Assembly: GCF_988243305.1 (NCBI RefSeq)
Contig: NZ_OZ547136.1
DNA length: 64,000 nucleotides
Reading direction: 5' to 3' (one strand)
Shown: piece after piece, positions 60,032-64,000 of the stretch
Layout of the letters: every line of letters begins with the position of its first letter
How positions within the stretch are numbered: position 1 is the first letter of the stretch
Position numbers and translations under genes: made by a program
The notes under the pieces: model-generated
What the model was told of the DNA's origin: nothing
Seen by the model: only the letters and a program-made list of their open reading frames with translations
Databases searched by the model: none

Positions 60032-60342
60032 ACCCTTCTTTACACACTTTTCATTATTCTGTGCTACCACAGAAAAACTATAACGCTTGTTAACTATTTC
60101 ACAAATAATTAACATCAGCATAATTTCCAGCAATCTTCGTTTATTTGCAATTAATTTCTTTGGGCTTTTTGTAGGTTATTTGTACAGCAAAATGGCGCTT
60201 GTACATCTATTTCCCCCAATGCAGGATGATAAATATCACGGGAGAATAGAGAATCATCAATCAGGTAAGAGTCTGGAATTTCACACTGTACCCTTTATAC
60301 TGCCCTATCACTTCGCGAAGTTTTAACAGGTCATAAACACGA

Positions 60343-63015
60343 ATGCGTCAGAAAGAGACAACGGCCACGACCCGCTTTTCACTCCTACCGGGGAGCATTA
60401 CCCGCTTCTTTTTACTGTTGATCATTGTGTTACTGGTGACGATGGGGGTAATGGTACAAAGCGCCGTTAACGCCTGGCTGAAAGATAAAAGTTACCAGAT
60501 TGTCGACATTACCCACGCTATCCAAAAGCGCGTCGATACCTGGCGTTACGTGACCTGGCAGATCTACGACAACATTGCCGCGACGACCTCCCCCTCCTCC
60601 GGCGAAGGTTTACAAGAGACGCGCCTGAAACAGGATGTCTACTATCTGGAAAAACCACGCCGCAAAACGGAAGCGTTAATCTTTGGCTCTCACGACAACT
60701 CAACGCTTGAGATGACTCAACGGATGTCCACCTATCTGGACACATTGTGGGGCGCAGAAAATGTACCGTGGTCGATGTATTACCTGAATGGTCAGGATAA
60801 CAGTCTGGTGCTGATCTCAACCCTGCCCCTCAAAGATCTCACCTCCGGATTTAAAGAATCGACCGTCAGCGACATTGTTGATTCACGTCGTGCAGAGATG
60901 TTGCAACAGGCCAACGCCCTCGATGAACGCGAAAGCTTTTCTAACATGCGCCGCCTGGCCTGGCAGAACGGTCATTACTTTACCTTGCGTACCACCTTTA
61001 ACCAGCCGGGACATCTGGCAACGGTTGTGGCTTTTGATCTGCCGATTAATGATTTGATCCCACCGGGTATGCCGCTGGACAGTTTCCGCCTTGAGCCAGA
61101 CGCGACGGCAACGGGAAACAATGATAATGAGAAAGAAGGGACGGATAGCGTCAGTATCCACTTTAACAGTACGAAGATTGAAATCTCCTCGGCACTCAAC
61201 TCTACCGATATGCGCCTGGTCTGGCAGGTTCCTTATGGCACCTTATTGCTGGATACGTTGCAAAACATTCTGCTGCCACTGCTGCTGAATATCGGTTTGC
61301 TGGCGCTGGCGTTATTTGGCTATACCACATTCCGCCATTTCTCCAGCCGCAGTACAGAAAACGTCCCCAGCTCGGCGGTCAATAATGAATTGCGCATTTT
61401 ACGGGCAATCAATGAAGAGATAGTCTCACTGCTGCCGCTTGGCCTGCTGGTTCACGATCAGGAATCGAACCGCACTGTCATAAGTAACAAAATTGCCGAT
61501 CATTTGCTGCCGCATTTGAATCTGCAAAACATCACCACCATGGCGGAACAGCATCAGGGGATTATTCAGGCGACGATCAATAACGAGCTGTATGAGATCC
61601 GCATGTTCCGCAGCCAGGTCGCGCCGCGCACACAAATTTTCATTATTCGCGATCAGGATCGCGAAGTGCTGGTAAACAAGAAACTCAAGCAGGCGCAGCG
61701 TCTGTATGAGAAAAACCAGCAGGGGCGGATGACCTTTATGAAAAACATTGGCGATGCGCTGAAAGAACCTGCACAGTCCCTGGCGGAGAGCGCGGCTAAA
61801 CTCAACGCCCCGGAAAGCAAACAACTGGCGAATCAGGCAGATGTGCTGGTGCGGCTGGTCGATGAAATACAGTTAGCGAACATGCTTGCGGACGATAGCT
61901 GGAAAAGTGAGACGGTGCTGTTCTCTGTGCAGGATTTAATTGATGAAGTTGTGCCTTCAGTGTTGCCTGCCATCAAGCGTAAAGGTCTGCAACTGCTGAT
62001 TAACAATCATCTGAAAGCACACGATATGCGCCGCGGCGATCGCGATGCCTTACGACGTATTTTGCTGCTACTGATGCAATATGCCGTGACCTCAACGCAA
62101 TTGGGAAAAATCACCCTTGAGGTTGATCAGGATGAGTCCTCCGAAGACCGCCTGACGTTCCGCATTCTGGACACCGGAGAAGGCGTAAGCATTCATGAAA
62201 TGGATAATTTGCACTTCCCGTTTATCAACCAGACCCAAAACGATCGCTATGGCAAGGCGGACCCGCTGGCATTCTGGCTGAGCGATCAACTGGCGCGTAA
62301 ACTGGGCGGTCATTTAAACATCAAAACGCGGGATGGGCTTGGTACACGCTACTCTGTGCATATCAAAATGCTCGCAGCTGACCCGGAAGTTGAAGAGGAA
62401 GAAGAGCGTTTACTGGATGATGTCTGCGTAATGGTGGATGTTACTTCGGCAGAAATTCGGAATATTGTCACTCGCCAGTTAGAAAATTGGGGTGCAACCT
62501 GTATCACACCCGATGAAAGATTAATTAGTCAAGATTATGATATCTTTTTAACGGATAATCCGTCTAATCTTACTGCCTCTGGCTTGCTTTTAAGCGATGA
62601 TGAGTCTGGCGTACGGGAAATTGGGCCTGGTCAATTGTGCGTCAACTTCAATATGAGCAACGCTATGCAGGAAGCGGTCTTACAATTAATTGAAGTGCAA
62701 CTGGCGCAGGAAGAGGTGACAGAATCGCCTCTGGGCGGAGATGAAAATGCGCAACTCCATGCCAGCGGCTATTATGCGCTCTTTGTAGACACAGTACCGG
62801 ATGATGTTAAGAGGCTGTATACTGAAGCAGCAACCAGTGACTTTGCTGCGTTAGCCCAAACGGCTCATCGTCTTAAAGGCGTATTTGCCATGCTAAATCT
62901 GGTACCCGGCAAGCAGTTATGTGAAACGCTGGAACATCTGATTCGTGAGAAGGATGTTCCAGGAATAGAAAAATACATCAGCGACATTGACAGTTATGTC
63001 AAGAGCTTGCTGTAG
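60343..63015 (+). CDS. rcsD: Rcs phosphorelay phosphotransfer protein RcsD
   Basis: 890-aa ORF with N-terminal TM/periplasmic region and C-terminal HPt domain; immediately upstream of rcsB. Confidence 0.9.
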   Translation: MRQKETTATTRFSLLPGSITRFFLLLIIVLLVTMGVMVQSAVNAWLKDKSYQIVDITHAIQKRVDTWRYVTWQIYDNIAATTSPSSGEGLQETRLKQDVYYLEKPRRKTEALIFGSHDNSTLEMTQRMSTYLDTLWGAENVPWSMYYLNGQDNSLVLISTLPLKDLTSGFKESTVSDIVDSRRAEMLQQANALDERESFSNMRRLAWQNGHYFTLRTTFNQPGHLATVVAFDLPINDLIPPGMPLDSFRLEPDATATGNNDNEKEGTDSVSIHFNSTKIEISSALNSTDMRLVWQVPYGTLLLDTLQNILLPLLLNIGLLALALFGYTTFRHFSSRSTENVPSSAVNNELRILRAINEEIVSLLPLGLLVHDQESNRTVISNKIADHLLPHLNLQNITTMAEQHQGIIQATINNELYEIRMFRSQVAPRTQIFIIRDQDREVLVNKKLKQAQRLYEKNQQGRMTFMKNIGDALKEPAQSLAESAAKLNAPESKQLANQADVLVRLVDEIQLANMLADDSWKSETVLFSVQDLIDEVVPSVLPAIKRKGLQLLINNHLKAHDMRRGDRDALRRILLLLMQYAVTSTQLGKITLEVDQDESSEDRLTFRILDTGEGVSIHEMDNLHFPFINQTQNDRYGKADPLAFWLSDQLARKLGGHLNIKTRDGLGTRYSVHIKMLAADPEVEEEEERLLDDVCVMVDVTSAEIRNIVTRQLENWGATCITPDERLISQDYDIFLTDNPSNLTASGLLLSDDESGVREIGPGQLCVNFNMSNAMQEAVLQLIEVQLAQEEVTESPLGGDENAQLHASGYYALFVDTVPDDVKRLYTEAATSDFAALAQTAHRLKGVFAMLNLVPGKQLCETLEHLIREKDVPGIEKYISDIDSYVKSLL

Positions 63016-63031
63016 CAAGGTAGCCTATTAC

Positions 63032-63682
63032 ATGAACAATATGAACGTAATTATTGCCGATGACCATCCGATAGTCTTGTTCGGTATTCGCAAATCACTT
63101 GAGCAAATTGAGTGGGTGAATGTTGTCGGCGAATTTGAAGACTCTACAGCACTGATCAACAACCTGCCGAAACTGGATGCGCATGTGTTGATTACCGATC
63201 TCTCCATGCCTGGCGATAAGTACGGCGATGGCATTACCTTAATCAAGTACATCAAGCGCCATTTCCCAAGCCTGTCGATCATTGTTCTGACTATGAACAA
63301 CAACCCGGCGATTCTTAGTGCGGTATTGGATCTGGATATCGAAGGGATCGTGCTGAAACAAGGTGCACCGACCGATCTGCCGAAAGCTCTCGCCGCGCTG
63401 CAGAAAGGGAAGAAATTTACCCCGGAAAGCGTTTCTCGCCTGTTGGAAAAAATCAGTGCTGGTGGTTACGGTGACAAGCGTCTCTCGCCAAAAGAGAGTG
63501 AAGTGCTGCGCCTGTTTGCGGAAGGCTTCCTGGTGACCGAGATCGCTAAAAAGCTGAACCGCAGTATTAAAACCATCAGTAGCCAGAAGAAATCTGCGAT
63601 GATGAAGCTGGGTGTCGAGAACGATATCGCCCTGCTGAATTATCTGTCTTCTGTAACCTTAAGTCCGGCAGATAAAGACTAA
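63032..63682 (+). CDS. rcsB: Rcs phosphorelay response regulator RcsB
   Basis: ORF track starts at 62987; ATG at 63032 (MNNMNVIIADDHPIV...) gives 216 aa with receiver and LuxR-type HTH. Confidence 0.95.
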   Translation: MNNMNVIIADDHPIVLFGIRKSLEQIEWVNVVGEFEDSTALINNLPKLDAHVLITDLSMPGDKYGDGITLIKYIKRHFPSLSIIVLTMNNNPAILSAVLDLDIEGIVLKQGAPTDLPKALAALQKGKKFTPESVSRLLEKISAGGYGDKRLSPKESEVLRLFAEGFLVTEIAKKLNRSIKTISSQKKSAMMKLGVENDIALLNYLSSVTLSPADKD

Positions 63683-63685
63683 TCA

Positions 63686-63848
<163 letters not shown>

Positions 63849-64000
63849 CTACGATTCCCGCGATTTCCTGACCCTCTCGGCATATACCGTCAGCGTCTGT
63901 TTTATCACATCCAGCGTTACCGGCTTCGACAGGCAGCTGTCCATACCGGACTCCAGACACCGCTGCTTCTCTTCAGCCAACGCATTAGCAGTTACTCCGA
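63849..64000 (-). CDS. rcsC: Rcs sensor kinase RcsC, 3' end only (gene continues beyond window)
   Basis: Hand translation of the minus strand gives ...GVTANALAEEKQRCLESGMDSCLSKPVTLDVIKQTLTVYAERVRKSRES-stop (stop at 63849..63851). Not in the ORF track because no start codon lies inside the window. Confidence 0.8.
   Translation of the reverse strand, partial: GVTANALAEEKQRCLESGMDSCLSKPVTLDVIKQTLTVYAERVRKSRES

Noticed and set aside
59885-60326. 75-aa and 79-aa ORFs overlapping micF and the rcsD upstream region
   Set aside because: The first overlaps the micF RNA gene; both are in AT-rich regulatory DNA with low-complexity translations.

Overview
This window reads as a contiguous stretch of conserved Escherichia coli core chromosome, collinear with the K-12 map from nfo to rcsC (about 49-50 min), and I found no inserted or undescribed gene system in it. 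Gene identities are from my recognition of the translated ORFs and their order; no database search was run. Gene order: nfo (3' part), yeiI, nupX, rihB, yeiL, psuT-psuG-psuK, fruA-fruK-fruB, setB, yeiW, yeiP, yeiQ, yeiR, lpxT, mepS, rtn, yejABEF, yejG, bcr, rsuA, yejH/radD, rplY, yejK, yejL, yejM, tRNA-Pro (proL), yejO, narP, ccmHGFEDCBA, napCBHGADF, eco, mqo, yojI, alkB-ada, apbE, ompC, micF, rcsD, rcsB and the 3' end of rcsC. There are no CRISPR arrays, IS elements, phage genes or rRNA; the only RNA genes are proL and micF. Every intergenic gap is under about 425 bp. The items worth a second look are small: a strain-specific ompC allele, a low-GC yejO autotransporter next to proL, a conserved 28-nt element shared by two paralogous nucleoside-transporter leaders, a tandem 18-bp repeat in the psuK promoter, two perfect palindromes (fruB-setB intergenic, yejM stop), and a 15-bp hairpin with a hidden 18-codon ORF upstream of mepS. 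Several ORF-track entries carry N-terminal extensions; I report the shorter starts that match the known proteins.
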